From: Eledone cirrhosa
Taxonomy: Eukaryota
Length of the DNA stretch: 64,000 nt
Direction of reading: 5' to 3'
Assembly: GCA_964016885.1 (NCBI GenBank)
Contig: OZ024742.1
Span: 180,544,001 to 180,608,000, forward strand
Shown here: in pieces, positions 12,453 through 25,662 of the stretch
Position numbering within the stretch: position 1 is the stretch's first letter
Layout: each line of letters starts with the position of its first letter
Notes under the pieces: model-generated
What the model was told of the DNA's origin: nothing
Seen by the model: only the letters and a program-made list of their open reading frames with translations
The model's database searches: none
Program-made: the position numbers and the translations under genes

Positions 12453-12790
12453 TTGTTTATTTATTTCATGATTTTATCAATGCTCAGAGTAGTCAATTAC
12501 CTATGTATTATTTGCAACCAAACATTAAGCAGCAAAGCCATGAAGCCTTCATGCTTAAAGTATCATTTATATTCTAAGCATGCTGACCAGAAGGAGCAAC
12601 CTTTATCGTATTTCTTTCAACTGAAGATCTCATTCGAAATGCAGAAAACGTTGATCTCGGAATTTCAGAAAGTAACTACGCTGCAAGATAACGGGATGAT
12701 TGCGTCGTTCAACATTGCCTTGCAGATTTCAAAGGCCAGTAAGTCCGACACTCTAGGAGAAACATTATATGATGAGATACACCTGGCAGG
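12453..12790 (+). pseudogene. hAT transposase N-terminal remnant (BED-like zinc finger)
   Basis: LCIICNQTLSSKAMKPSCLKYHLYSKH...ASFNIALQISKASKSDTLGETL. Confidence 0.85.
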
Positions 12791-12834
12791 AGGCGGAAAC
12801 GTTTGTAAGTCCATCTGAGTACTGCCTAAGTCTG

Positions 12835-12893
<59 letters not shown>

Positions 12894-12896
<3 letters not shown>

Positions 12897-13223
12897 GACC
12901 TCCCGTGATCCGTTGGGTCACGTTCACTTAAAAATAATTTTTAAATAATTAAAATATACAGACATGTATATAATTGTTTCTACATTTGGCACCAGGCCAG
13001 CAATTACCCAGTACATTACTGGTACTTTATTTTATCGACCCCGTAAGGATGAAAGGCAAAGTTAACCTCGGCGGGATTTGAACTCAGACCATAAAGGGAC
13101 GTAACTATACTGGAAAGCATGGCGTCCGACCCTCTACCGATACTATAATATGAAATGAAACTGGAATGCCTATATATATACGTGTGGGTATGTATATATA
13201 TATATATAAATGCGTGTGCTTGT

Positions 13224-13261
<38 letters not shown>

Positions 13262-13320
13262 ATGTGTGTATATGTGGGTGTCTGTGATCTATATACACGG
13301 GTTATAGACACACACACACT

Positions 13321-13388
<68 letters not shown>

Positions 13389-13698
13389 ACTACACCACCA
13401 GCTCTCTTCTATTCTCCTTCTCTGTCCCCTCTCCTTCTCTCTATGTCTCTCTTTCAATCTACTCTGTCTCAACCACTATCTCTTCCTCTCTATCTTTCTC
13501 TCTCTTTGCTTATGAAGGTACCCGGAAAAACTCCATATCTCGGGAACCTGTGATCCGATTTACGCGAAACATGTTTTTTCCATTTGTATTCCCATTTCAA
13601 AAGTAACTTCCTTTTAAAGTATTTTCCAATTATGCACCCTTTTGGTTGTATTACATTACAGACAAGCAAGCAAGCAATCACTGAGTTTTAGTAATATA
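12894..13698 (-). mobile_element. Short non-autonomous Helitron (copy A) with a nested Nin-SINE at ~12970-13145
   Basis: Both termini and internal blocks match copy B: 3' end ...GACCCAACGGATCACGGGAGGTCTAT; 5' end TATATTACTAAAACTCAGTGATTGCTTGCTTGCTTGTCTG. Confidence 0.8.
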
Positions 13699-13840
13699 CT
13701 AGACCACCCGTGGCCCGTTGGGTCATGTTCACTTAAAAATAATAAAAAAAAAAAATTAAAATATACACAAAATGTATATAATGTAAAATGACATTGGAAA
13801 GCCAATATATATATACGTGTATGTGTGTGTGTATATGTAC

Positions 13841-13892
<52 letters not shown>

Positions 13893-13900
<8 letters not shown>

Positions 13901-15587
13901 ATATTTGGGGAGGGTCATATTTGCGTAATATTGCCAGAATTAATAACAGAACACACTCACTGTTTGGTTGGTTTTCGCTTCTCGCTGTCTTTTATATATA
14001 TATATCTGCGATCTAACTTACTCGGTCCTCAATGTTGCCATTGACTGACCGGCGGTCAAAAATAATACAGATACAATATAGACAAACACATATATATATA
14101 GTTTACATAAATCTTTCGTTGCACATCTGCAACATCGTCAGTGGTGTTATATTCATTGTTCCTCCTGTTGTGTTGTATGTCTACGCCATTTTTTTTGTTC
14201 AGTCTGTCTATATATTTATTTATTTATTTGCTTGTTTGTTTATCTTATTTTATTTTGTCTTCTTTGCGCATGCGTTTGCGTATGTGTATAGTGTTATGTG
14301 TGATGTGTGACTAGTGTGTATAGTGTTGTGTCTGCTGGGTGACTAGTGTGTGTTTATGTGCTTGTGTATGTATTTATTTATCTTATTTTATTTAATTTAA
14401 TTTACTTATTTATTTATACTTCTCTTAGGTCAGTGTTGTTTGTTTGGGTGTTGTTGTTGTTCCACTCATTCTTTCTGTTTAGCTTTGGTCTTCTAATTTC
14501 TATTTCACTGGCCTCTCTGATTTGCCTATCTGCTGGGTCATTCCTATGTTTAGATATTATTCTAATTTCTATGTTGTCTATGTTACCGTCATGATGTTGT
14601 CTAGCATGTTCGTATAGTACTGACCCGTTTTTTCGTCCTTTTAGTTCCCCCCAGTGTTGGTCTATCCTTTCACCTATGCTACGAGCTGTCTCACCTATGT
14701 ATGTTGTTGTCGTGTTTCTGCAAGTACCCTCTGTACATCTTATGCTATAGACTACGTTTCTAGTTTTACAGTTTATCCGGGGGTTCACCTTACATATGAT
14801 ACATTTCCTATTGGTACAGTGGGTTTTCTTAAAAGGGTAGGTTTTGCTGATCAGGGATTTTATGGTGGTTCCTGGCTTTTCTACCACCTTTATTTTTAAG
14901 TGGGTCTTTCTCAGGGCCTTTCTACACTGGTTAGCTAATTTCCCTCCAGGGGTGGCGTCCACAAACATGACACTCTGATATCTCTGGTTGTCGTACCATG
15001 ATGTGGCCTTCCCTATCTTATGTCTAGCCCTATCTAAGCTATTCCATGATTTGCTCCTGTATAGTGGGCAAATTCCTTTCATGTCCAGTTCTATGAGGGT
15101 CTTATACTTTTCCATGGCTCCTTCGTATACTCTGACTCTGTCTCTTTGGTTGTAGCCAGAGAACTGCATGCGGTTGATGAAGTGTTGGATGTGTCCTTCC
15201 ATTTCTGTTGGGTCGCACATGCTGGACACATTCTTCATCACTCGTACCAAATCTGCGATCAGAATATTAAACTTAGCACTACTGGACATTGCTGAGTTTT
15301 TGAGTATCAGGTATTTGGAGGCCATGGGTTTAGCATAGTGTGAGTGGAGAATTTGGGCTCTCTCGTCTATAGTGTTAATCCAGAGTTCTGTGTCTAATAC
15401 AACATTGAGGACCGAGTAAGTTAGATCGCAGATATATATATATAAAAGACAGCGAGAAGCGAAAACCAACCAAACAGTGAGTGTGTTATGTTATTAATTC
15501 TGGCAATATTACGCAAATATGACCCTCCCCAAATATAACAATATCTGTTTCGACACACGATTTCATATAAAAAACCTCGCAAAACTA

Positions 15588-15590
<3 letters not shown>
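13893..15590 (-). mobile_element. 5'-truncated Penelope-like element with inverted pLTR, inserted in (TA)n inside Helitron B
   Basis: ORF 14414..~15400 covers the RT thumb (LDTELW, HY.KPMAS, SGY) and GIY-YIG (C..C...NC...NVVY.I.C..C...YIGETARS..ER..QH, RQIREA..I....P.LN). About 145 bp at 13893-14038 is inverted at 15400-15545. Confidence 0.9.
14105..14145 (-). ncRNA. Minimal hammerhead-like motif in the PLE 3' region
   Basis: Minus strand: CCA-CTGACGA-T-GTTGCA GATG TGCAAC-GAAA-GATT-TA-TG. Confidence 0.6.
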
Positions 15591-15622
<32 letters not shown>

Positions 15623-15806
15623 TTTGTGTGTGTGAGTGTCTGTGGCCTATATACACTGGTTACACACACACACATACATCCTGTCCTAACACAAGTTATA
15701 AGATACATATAACTTAATATTCAGTCACCAAATTCAAGCTAGATTCAGTAATGCTGCATTCAATTCTTTGAAGTCACCTGTCATAATTTCATTCAACAAC
15801 ACCACC

Positions 15807-15880
<74 letters not shown>

Positions 15881-16004
15881 ACCACTATCTGCGTTTGTAT
15901 TCACATTTCAATGGTACCTTACTTTCAAAGAATTTTCCCATTATGCGCTGATTTGGTTATTTATAAAGGTTCCCGAAAAAACCCGCGTATCTTGGGAACC
16001 CGAA

Positions 16005-16788
16005 AAGAAGCAAGGTAAGGGTTATATTGCCTGAGTATTATTTCCAATAATTCCACTATGTCGCGCTGAATGCCACCGTTATGGAGTATTCTGATCTTCA
16101 AATCAACACTATTCTGAGGAACCAAGAAGTAAATTTGAAGAAATTGGGGTTGTTCTTTGGGATTAGGGGTTAAGGAACCGATGTAATGGTGAATTTGACC
16201 ATGAATAACGATAGAAAGATTCCCCAAAAGTTGTCATTTGGAACAGGCAGTTGTATTGTCTGAGATTCTTCCTGAACACGTTTGCTCTAGGTTGATCTGT
16301 ACTAAATAAACTGTGAAGTTCCTGGGGTAAAGGCTGCAGATTCCCCAACCTGACCTTTCCATTCATACAGCAAAAGTTAGCAGTTTCACCATGAAAAAGC
16401 ATTGCATGACAACAGACACAGATCTTATTCATCTGTCCAACATCAGCAGAGAGGTCACGTCGTTGAACTGTCCTTGCTCTATCCTTAATGGTTTGTTGGC
16501 AAAGACGTTCAGTTCTCCGAGCGTCCGATTCATGATGTCTCCTTCTTCTGTCTCTTTCCCTCTGTTCCGCCAGACGCGCAGCTCTCCGACCATCCGATTC
16601 ATGATCTCTCCTGCTTCTGGCGCAGTCCTTGCTTTATCAGTTTCATCGATCCTTCTATTCGCATACCTGTCCCGATCTTGTTGGCGTTGACCACTATCTT
16701 GCTCACCTTCTTCGGCTCTCCTTAGCCCTGCTTTCTTTCCACTATCGATATACCAACCAGATGTTTTCTTTCTTCCTCGTCGAGGCAT
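16005..16788 (-). pseudogene. Helitron RepHel N-terminal region (frameshifted, truncated)
   Basis: CVCCHAMLFHGE..FCCMNGKVRL..L..LP..L..LF....FRKNLRQYNCLFQMTTFG and IHGQIHHYIGSL.P...PQFLQIYF...NPY..SFR. Confidence 0.9.
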
Positions 16789-18145
16789 TATTTAAGAATA
16801 GATAATCATATTCACTTAAAAAATACTTATTAATAATTAAAATATTCTGTTTAAAGAAAGCTGAAATATATATACTCAGTGTACAAATAATTTGTATTTT
16901 TTAAGTCATTTTCACTTAAGAATATTTTTTAAATATGCCAAGAAATATGTTTTCCATCGTATTCACTTGAAAATCATTTTAAAAAAATGAAGATATTGTC
17001 TATGTAAATAAAGTTATTTGTGAAATCAAATTCACTTTAAAATATTTCTAAATAATTGAAATATTATTTTTAACAAAAGCAAAAATATAAACACCTACTG
17101 TTTAACACCAACTGGTTTTTTCAGTGATATTCACGTAATGCTTTTCTGATAATTAAAATATCGTCTGTTTAAAGAAAGCTCGAATATAGATACTTGAAGT
17201 ACAAACAACTTGTAGTTTTGAAATCATATCCACTGAGAAATCACTGAAAATTTTTTTTTAAATAATTATTAAACTATTTTCACCATTCGAGAAATATTTT
17301 TATGTCGATTTACTTCAAAACTGTTTTATCCCCATTTCAGGGTTATATCACTTACAGGGCTATTTTTCCATTATGCACCGTTTTGGCTATTTTCACACAC
17401 ACACACCAAATATATATATGTCTCTAACTTAAGTACTGTTACACACACATACACACACACACACATGTCTCTAAGTACGTAAACACATGGACTAGCACAC
17501 ATACACATACACGGTGGCAGTACAACTGTGAAAGAGAGAGAGAAAGAAATAACGTTATGGATAGGGGGAGAGTTAAAATAAATAACAGTTAAGGATGCTG
17601 TCTCTTTCCCTATCTGTCATCCCCCTCTCTCTCATCCCTCTCTCTCTCTTTCTCTCTCTCACCCCCTCTCTGTCTCTCTTACCTACAGAATGGACAACCA
17701 AAAAACAAACGGATTATTTCTTTCGATATTAATTATAAAATAAGATAAATTGAATTTAAATGAATTCCTTGCTATTTTTAGAAAATTGAAAATATTGTCC
17801 ATGTGCGATTTACGCCAAACTTGTTTTATTCAGAGTATTTTCTCATTATGCAATGTTTTGGCTATTTACGAAGTTTTGCGGGTTATGTTAATTTGGAGGT
17901 ATTTTCCCAGTATGCATCGTTGTGGCTATTTACGAAGGTACCCCCCCAAAACCCGCGAATCTCGGGAACCCGGGGTCAGATTTTCGCGAAACTTGTTTTA
18001 TTCAATTTGTATTCCCATTTCAGAGGCAACTTGCTTTCAAAGTATTTACCCGTAATGCGCCCTTTTGGCTGTATTACATAACAGACAAGCAAGCAAGCAA
18101 GCACGCAAGATCAGAGTTTTAGTAGTATATAGATAGATAGATAAT

Positions 18146-18460
18146 CGAAAGGTTGTGAGTTCAATTCTCAGACCGGGTGATGTGTTGTTTCCTTGAGCAA
18201 GACACTTTATTTCACATTGCTCTAGTTTACTCAGCTGTAGAAATGAGATGATAGGACTGGGGCCCCTATCATTCCACTGCAAAGTGATCGTGGAGGTGCC
18301 ACGGCAAAAAAGCAAACAGCACTCACTGTAAATGAGGTTGGTGTTAGGAAGGGCATCCAGCTGTAGAAATCAAGCCAGAATCAGTTCCCGTCCAACCCTT
18401 GCAAGCAGGGAAAAGCGGACGTAAAATGATGATGATGATGATGATGATGATGATAGATAT
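18146..18460 (+). mobile_element. tRNA-derived SINE (Meta-domain-like core) with an RTE-type tail
   Basis: B-box GAGTTCAATTCTC, core TTGTTTCCTTGAGCAAGACACTTTATTTCAC, tail AGGAAGGGCATCCAGCTGTAGAA...(ATG)n. Related heads lie at 36277-36390 and 57335-57830. Confidence 0.7.
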
Positions 18461-20084
18461 ATCATCATCATCGTTTAACATCTATTTGTCCATACTTGCA
18501 TGGGTTATATGGATCGTCCCCATTATGATACGAATTTGGCCAATATTCCCTCAAGCCATAGTAACATTTTTTCCTGAGATTATATTTCATTCACTGATTA
18601 TACATGGAAATTATGTTAATACAAGTGCCTGAAAGACATTTAACCAGACGTAACTAAATTTTATTATAAAATGTGCTTTAAACTAGAGTCAATATTTCTG
18701 GAGCCAACCAAATTGTCTAAGGTCAGTAGGAAGGGACCAGATGGCCTTATATTTCACCCTTAGGTTAGAAATGTCTCATATGTGACACCATTGTCAGTGA
18801 CTCTTTCATTCCTTCTTACGTCTTGGATGCTGCAGTGAAGTTAAGTGAGAAAAGACCTGCACACCCAATTACACACCACAAGGAGCACTGGAGTTTCTCT
18901 CTAATATTTTTTTTAAATCACATGTATTGTTAAAGAAATCCCCCCCCCCCCACACACACACACACACACTGATTTCAGGGGGAAATAAGTTTTCTTCTCA
19001 GATTTTTTTCATTTGCTTAAACTCGTCATTTGCTGCAGAGAAGGACTTATTTATCTGGAAGTTTTCTTTACAATTTTTTCTTATTTTTTGTGAGTTGTAT
19101 TATTTATTTTTTAGTTACTGTGAGGGTTAGTTTTAGGCATTTGTGTTAAGGTTAGTGTTATGTATTCTTGTGGTTCGTGCTGGGATAATAAACAACTCAC
19201 TGAAGGCGTTAGCATGATTATACGCGTTTATTTACTTGGCATGTTTTAGCGGAGAGATACATACTGTGCGTATCCGCCTTAGACACAGTTCCTACTGTTT
19301 ACAAGATGCGCTTAATAAAATAGTACTAATGGTGGGGATGTATTCATTGTTATGTATATCTACGCATACACATAGGTATGAACGTGTAACAGTTAGGTTT
19401 AAGGGTTATTTGTGTTTACCAATGACATTATATTTGTAATGTTCTTCTGAACGAATTGCAAGCAATTTATAATGTTATTTACACATTTATAATGTTCTTT
19501 ATGTATATATTTAAAACATATTTGTAATGTTTTTTTTTAAGTCAGCATTATTTGTTACGTCCGTTTGGATTTTTTTACTAATCATAAAAGTCAGTTCATG
19601 AACCACTAACAAACTTTTACCAAACATTTTTGAATATTTACTAAACAGGAGGAAGGTGGAGAATTTTTCCATGTGAAAGTGTTGCAATGACTCAAAAAGG
19701 CTGGGAACCCCTGGTCAAGTGCAAGAACCTTTTTCACTTTAAAATGTATCATGCACAGGCATCACTTAATCTAAGAATGTTTCACATGTATTGCATGAAC
19801 ATGGCTGGCTATTGTCGAAAAGTTTTCTTTTTCTTTTGCTGCAGCATATGCAGAAAGGAATGTACGTCCTTACAAGGGTTAAAATATAATGTTTGAATCA
19901 CCCATGTTTAAGAAAACGATAAACAGAAGGCAATTCTCCAGATTGAGATGCAGCCAGCTTGTATGTATTTGTGTAGATGCTACTATAAACCCATATTTTG
20001 CTACATGATAAGCAGAATCCAGGTGTTCTGGGAGGAAGGAAATGATCTCCCCAAACAAATGTAGATATAGCTGTTGGGGTTTTC

Positions 20085-20115
<31 letters not shown>

Positions 20116-20827
20116 GTTAATTCCTTTAAATAATGTGATGCATGAAATAAATGACAAGATTTTACAGGTGGATTGATAAACATCTATTAGTAGAACTTAC
20201 CAACTTTCACACTTTCCATAATCATATCATTGTTTTTATACCCGTTTTCTATGCTTGTATGAAATTATGATAGAAAATGTTACTAAACTGCCAGCACGAA
20301 TCAATCAACATATCTGTTGTAGACAAGACAATTTCATAGGCTATTGGTTCACCATACTGAGGTGCCAGGTGTTTGGTTGTTTCATTGCCTTAGCCTCACC
20401 ATCACCTGTGATAATTCTATGAGTATGTTGGCTTGCTTGAAAACTTTCCGATGACCCTTGTTATGTGTGACTGATTAACACAATGTTGAATTGATGTTTT
20501 TCTTTTAACTTTGATTGTATATGTTTGTGTATTTATAAGGTTCCTAGCAATAATTCATTATATGTATAAATTTCTATTTGATATAAATGTAATGAAGTTA
20601 TTTAAAAATAATATCACTACACTAAGTCAGACAGATTTTCTACCTCGAATTTAGTTTATGTAAATTCCTTACTGGATCAACTGCAAATGTTATACATCTT
20701 GTCATAACATATAACCAATTGTATGGGGAGCTGTCGCTTAAGCACAAGGTGATAAATCAACTTTATCGATGTCAATACTGACAAGTCTGACACTGAGTAT
20801 TTCCAAGTGATTATACAGCAAATAACA

Positions 20828-21128
20828 TCTATATATAAATTTGAGCGACTTTCAGCTGTCTGTCACACTGTGTGTGTGTGTGAATTATGTGTGTGTAGTG
20901 TGTAAAAAGAAAGGAACCGTGAAAAAAAATATAGTTAAACAGTGGCTGACGTTTCATTTGCTACGCTGTGTATTTGTGTGAATGTATGCATATTTGTGGT
21001 CTGTGAGTGTATTTTTGTAAGTTTGTCTATGTTTGCATGTTTATATTTATATACTCATACATATAAACGTATGCATATGCACACATGCATGCACATATAC
21101 ACATCAGCATGTTGAAAAAAATCCTAGT
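20828..21128 (+). mobile_element. Possible short non-autonomous Helitron
   Basis: Begins A|TCTATATATAAA...CTGTCTGTC and ends CCTAG|T. Confidence 0.45.
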
Positions 21129-21254
21129 AATATAATTGGCTAAGACTTTTATGGTAAACTTAAATTATCTATCTATGTATGTGTGCATTATGTGAATATG
21201 TGCGGTGTGTGTGTGTTTGTATCTATGGACTTTTTGATGTCCTATTCAAGAAAA

Positions 21255-21362
21255 TATGTTCTATAAAATAAGTACCAGATTTGAAAAAAAAAAATACCTT
21301 GGAGGAGGTGCCCCAGCATATCTCAGTTTAATGAGTGAAACAAGTAAAAGAAAAAAAAGAGT
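21255..21362 (+). mobile_element. SINE 3' remnant with a CR1-derived tail
   Basis: ATAAAATAAGTACCAG (end of the Nin core), then GGTGCCCCAGCAT...GAAACAAGTAAAAGA, which matches the CR1 3' UTR at 910-965. Confidence 0.65.
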
Positions 21363-21904
21363 AATATCAAAATATTAAAGAAAAAATAATAAATATGATT
21401 TCTAATTTAGGCAGAGGGCCAGCAATTATTGTGTGTGTGTGGGGGGGGGGTAGAAGAAATTAGAAATAGTTGACTAGAACTGTATTATATTGACACTGGA
21501 AAATGAAAAACAAAGTTGATCTCAGTGGGATTTGAACTCAGAAAAGGCCATAACTAAAAGCTTTAAAAGCACTTTGTTCAACACACTAATGAGTCTTCCA
21601 ACAGACCCTGCTTCAAAAGAAAAGAAAATTTTCTAATATTGGTAGAAGGCTAGTAGTTTAGAAAGAGAAGGAGAAGTTATCATCATCAACATCTGGTTTA
21701 ATGTATGTTTTACTTTTCAGAAGCATTGAACGTTTTGGAAGTTAATTACATCAACCACAGACTTAGGTGTTACTTTATTTTATTGATCCTGGAAGGATGA
21801 AAAGCAAAGTTGATCTCAGTTGGATATAAATGCAGAATGTAAAGGGCCATAACTAAATACTTCAAACATCTTGTCAAATGCTCTAACGATTCTTCTACCA
21901 CCAT

Positions 21905-24155
21905 CACAGAACTACACACACTTGCTCACCTGCATAGAACGCTTTTCTCGTTGGCCTGAGGCTTTTCCTATAAATGATACCTCAGCGGAAACAGTCGCTA
22001 AATCTTTGGTTTTACACTGGGTATCACGTTATGGCGCCCCAGCGAAGATAACAACGGACAGAGGACGCCAATTTGACTCCCACCTCTTCAGGGAACTGAC
22101 TCGCCTGTTAGGATGTAAACACATCCGCACGACAGCTTATCACCCGCAAGCTAATGGTCTCGTGGAAAGATTCCATCGCCAATTGAAAGCTGCAATAAAA
22201 GCATATCCAGACAAGACCCACTGGTTTGAATACCTACCACTCATCCTTCTGGGCATTCGATCCACCGTTAAGGAGGAATTCGGACACACACCTGCAGATT
22301 TAGTGTACGGCACCACCCTGGTTCTACCTGGTCAGATGGTTGATCCCATCTCTCCTCAGGATGTTCCAGACCCAGGATCATACGTACACCGTCTTCGATA
22401 ATATATGTCTCACCTTGCTCCTGCAAGCACCCGTCAACAGAACACGGCCACACACGTACCTTCAGACATTAAATATTGGACACACGTTTTCGTTCGAAAC
22501 GACACCATCTCAGCTCATCTTTGACCTCCATATTCTGGCCCTTATTGTGTTCTAAAAAAATATCCGAAATATTTTATTCTCGATCTAGATGGTAAACAGA
22601 ATTCTGTCAGCGTGGACAGATTAAAAAAAAGCCATCAGGGATACTGTTACAGTCTCTACACCAGAAACTCCAACAGATTGCTGTCCCAGCGAGCCACCTG
22701 TTTCATCTCCAGTCACGAGAAGTGGACGACGCGTCCATTGGCCCGCCAGGTTGGCACAATATGTGATTTACCGTTAACCTCAAGTGAGTTTCTTAATCAT
22801 TCTTCGTGCAAAACATTTTCATTTTTCTTGTGTTTACTATTTCCAGTTTCAAATACAATGAACTTTCTGCTTGAACAATTGCAATTTTTAGTGACCATGT
22901 GCTCATGTCACGAAGAACATTATTTATTACAAACACTATTTAAGAACAAACATTGTGTATATCATTGTGTATAACATTTTTTTCTTCTCTCTCTTGTTTT
23001 GCAAATTTTTTTATTTTTATTTTTCTGTAACATTGATTGTGTAATTGCCATAATTTTTATATACATACAAGGCGTGTACATATTCTGTTTTTCATGCACA
23101 CTAAAAAACCACGTTTGTTTCACCTTTTGGTTCATACACGGAGCAATAGATATTTGTGTCCCTCTAACTCTTACACTACAAAATGTTTTCTCTTTGATCA
23201 CGCATTTCACAAATCGCCTCCTCAAAACACTGGCCTTCTTTTTTCACGTACACATTCACTCAATAGCTCGAATGCCTCGCTATTTTTTTTACCACATGCA
23301 TTCGCTCAAGTCATATGCTTTAGGCAGCATGCTTACGGCCATTCAGTTCACACATTACGGTTATCTTCACTGCCCAGTTAGACTTTTTGTCACGTAATTC
23401 ACAGGCAGCTCAACCCAAATTGCAACAGGCTCATTCATCACTCCCTGCATAAATCTGGTCAAAGTCATTTTATAGTTTATTTCATTTTTCTCTTCCTGAC
23501 ACACACATCTTGCCATATCATCTCTACATCGACTCTGTCCTGTACATCGATGATCACAAAATTTCACAACGTGCTGGACACTCCTGGGGCTATTGTCATG
23601 ACAAATGCACCACTGGCCCATTACTATACGATATTTCGCTCTTTTGTTGTACAAAAGATCTGGCAGGGAGATAATGTACAGCCACCGGAAATAACATCTG
23701 TGAAATATACAGCGCCATCTAGCTGTTAGCTAGCTACCTCACCGTGAAACAAAACTATCCTTAGAAGCTACCAGAATAAACGCCTAGACAGCGGCTAAAT
23801 ATCAAACGATTATTTCTGTATAAATAGAGTGGTTCCAAACACTTCGCCAGTCGACATTTGGCAGAGTCAACCCGCATATCGTTGTTCCTCGCCTCTGCCA
23901 CGCTTTGTCACTCACACACGCCTTGTATCTTGTATCGTCGCTTCATGTGAAAATAAATAGCTGATCGAATTTACATCTCGCCTTGCTTCGTCCGTTTCAA
24001 CTTGTTATTTCGTCTGTCCATCCTCACCAGTGACAACAGTTCTTTTAAGGGCTATCTTCAGATCTTATCAGACCGTATGCGATAACAGTCCTTCTAAGGG
24101 CTATTCTCGGATCTGATCAGAAGTAGTGACCAGACTGACTAACCACGTCGCTACA
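21905..24155 (+). mobile_element. Gypsy/Ty3 LTR retrotransposon, 3' part (integrase, 3' UTR, PPT, 3' LTR)
   Basis: Integrase [16 protein letters not shown]...ITTDRGRQF...[20 protein letters not shown], a GPY-like region and SVDRLK. A polypurine tract GGCAGGGAGA precedes the LTR. Confidence 0.92.
23675..24155 (+). repeat. 3' LTR (TGTA...TACA, 481 bp)
   Basis: TG/CA termini directly after the PPT; TATAAATA at ~23818; AATAAA at ~23953; an internal ~40-bp duplication. Confidence 0.8.
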
Positions 24156-24921
24156 GTTGCAAAAGATTGGTAAATATTCAAGATATAGAGCAACCCAAGT
24201 CTGTAGGACAAGTTTTAATATAATTACTAAGGCCAGTTACTACAACAGCACCATTCCAGGAACATGGTATTGTTTTTCTATATGCTGTCAAGTCAATGAC
24301 CTGTCCAAATCATGCCAGCATGAAGAAAAAGGTGTTAAATGATGACGATGATGAAATATATATATCATTATCATTTTCATCTGCTTTCCTGCTGGTATGT
24401 GTTGAAGAGGCTGTCACAGTTTCAGACTAGACAACTCGGAAATACATCATCTACCTCATATATTCCATATTTGGCATGGTTTCTCCAGAAGCATGATTTT
24501 CCTAAAGTGAAACACCATACAGAATATACTTGGTACAATGTATCATGGCAGTAGAACTGCCATTTTACACAATTTACTGGGTGTATTTTATCATGGTACA
24601 GTACTAACAATTTACAGTGCATGGCTGAAGAGCACTCATTCAATTGCCACGTGCATTTAATTGCCATCTACATTTATAGACATGGTTGAATAACTATTTA
24701 TAAACTGTTAAGTCTTGACACAATAATCATCTTTCCTCATTTTTTCTAAGAAACATAATAATGTTGAAAAGTCATGATGATGATTAAGTTGATTTGATAT
24801 ATTATCTCTTAGGAAGCAAAAAGAATATACTCTAGTATATATATATAAATATACCCCCTCCCCCCCACCTATATATATATATTTTTACATATATAAATAA
24901 ATATCTCCCCCTCACACACAC

Positions 24922-24952
<31 letters not shown>

Positions 24953-25204
24953 GATACACCTTACCAATAATATATATATATGTCTTTTACTTGCATTCTG
25001 AAGATATTGATTCTCTGACATTTGTCTTTGCAAGTATAATTGCTCCTAAAGAGACTGCTCACAACAATAATGGTTAATATTAATAACTCATTAGGTTTTC
25101 TTCTAATGTGATTTTCTATTTCAAATTTCTGTTTTACTTTCCACCACTGAAGAAAGTTTCCCCAACGCCAAAATTAGGATACATTTGATAATAACCATTA
25201 AAAT

Positions 25205-25660
25205 GCCTGACTGGATTTTAACTGCCTCTCATTTAGGTACTTCATTACTGGGGCTTTTTAACTGTCTTTAATGAGGTAGTTCATTATACTAGGTTCTTAA
25301 CTGTCTGCAATGAGGTACCTCATTAATGTGGTTTTTTAACTGTCTCTATTTTTGGTACCTCATTACCGTGGCTTGTTAACTGTCTCTAGTTTTGGTAACA
25401 CATTTGTATTGTTAACTGTCTATAATGTTGCTGTGTTGTTAAATGTCTGTAAAATGGTACCATGTTACTGTGTTGTTAACTGTCTGTAATGTGATACCAT
25501 GTTACTGTGGCTAGTTAACTGTTTGTAATATGATACCATGTTACTGTCCATAGTTACTTGTCTGAAATGAGGTTCTTCTTTCCTGAAGATTAACTGTTTC
25601 TTGTTTTGGTACCTTACTCCTGTGGGTTGGTAAATCTCTGGTTTTGTTACCTTATTACTC
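25205..25660. repeat. Degenerate ~36-bp minisatellite with an internal palindrome
   Basis: About 12-13 units of TTAACTGTCT(C/G)TAATGAGGTACCTCATTACTGTGG. Confidence 0.8.
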
Positions 25661-25662
25661 TA

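Larger units (their letters stand above)
13699..18133 (-). mobile_element. Internally deleted Helitron (copy B) with a nested PLE
   Basis: 5' end TCTATATACTACTAAAACTC at 18133; 3' GC-rich subterminus plus CTAG at 13699-13702; RepHel N-terminal fragments at 16000-16790; subterminal repeats. Confidence 0.85.

Noticed and set aside
9240-12790. One continuous or domesticated ZBED/SCAND3-like gene
   Set aside because: The N-terminal fragment lies downstream of the C-terminal one on the same strand and both are disrupted, so they are separate remnants.
19879-20080. Possible host exon on the minus strand
   Set aside because: No recognisable domain and no convincing acceptor/donor pair.
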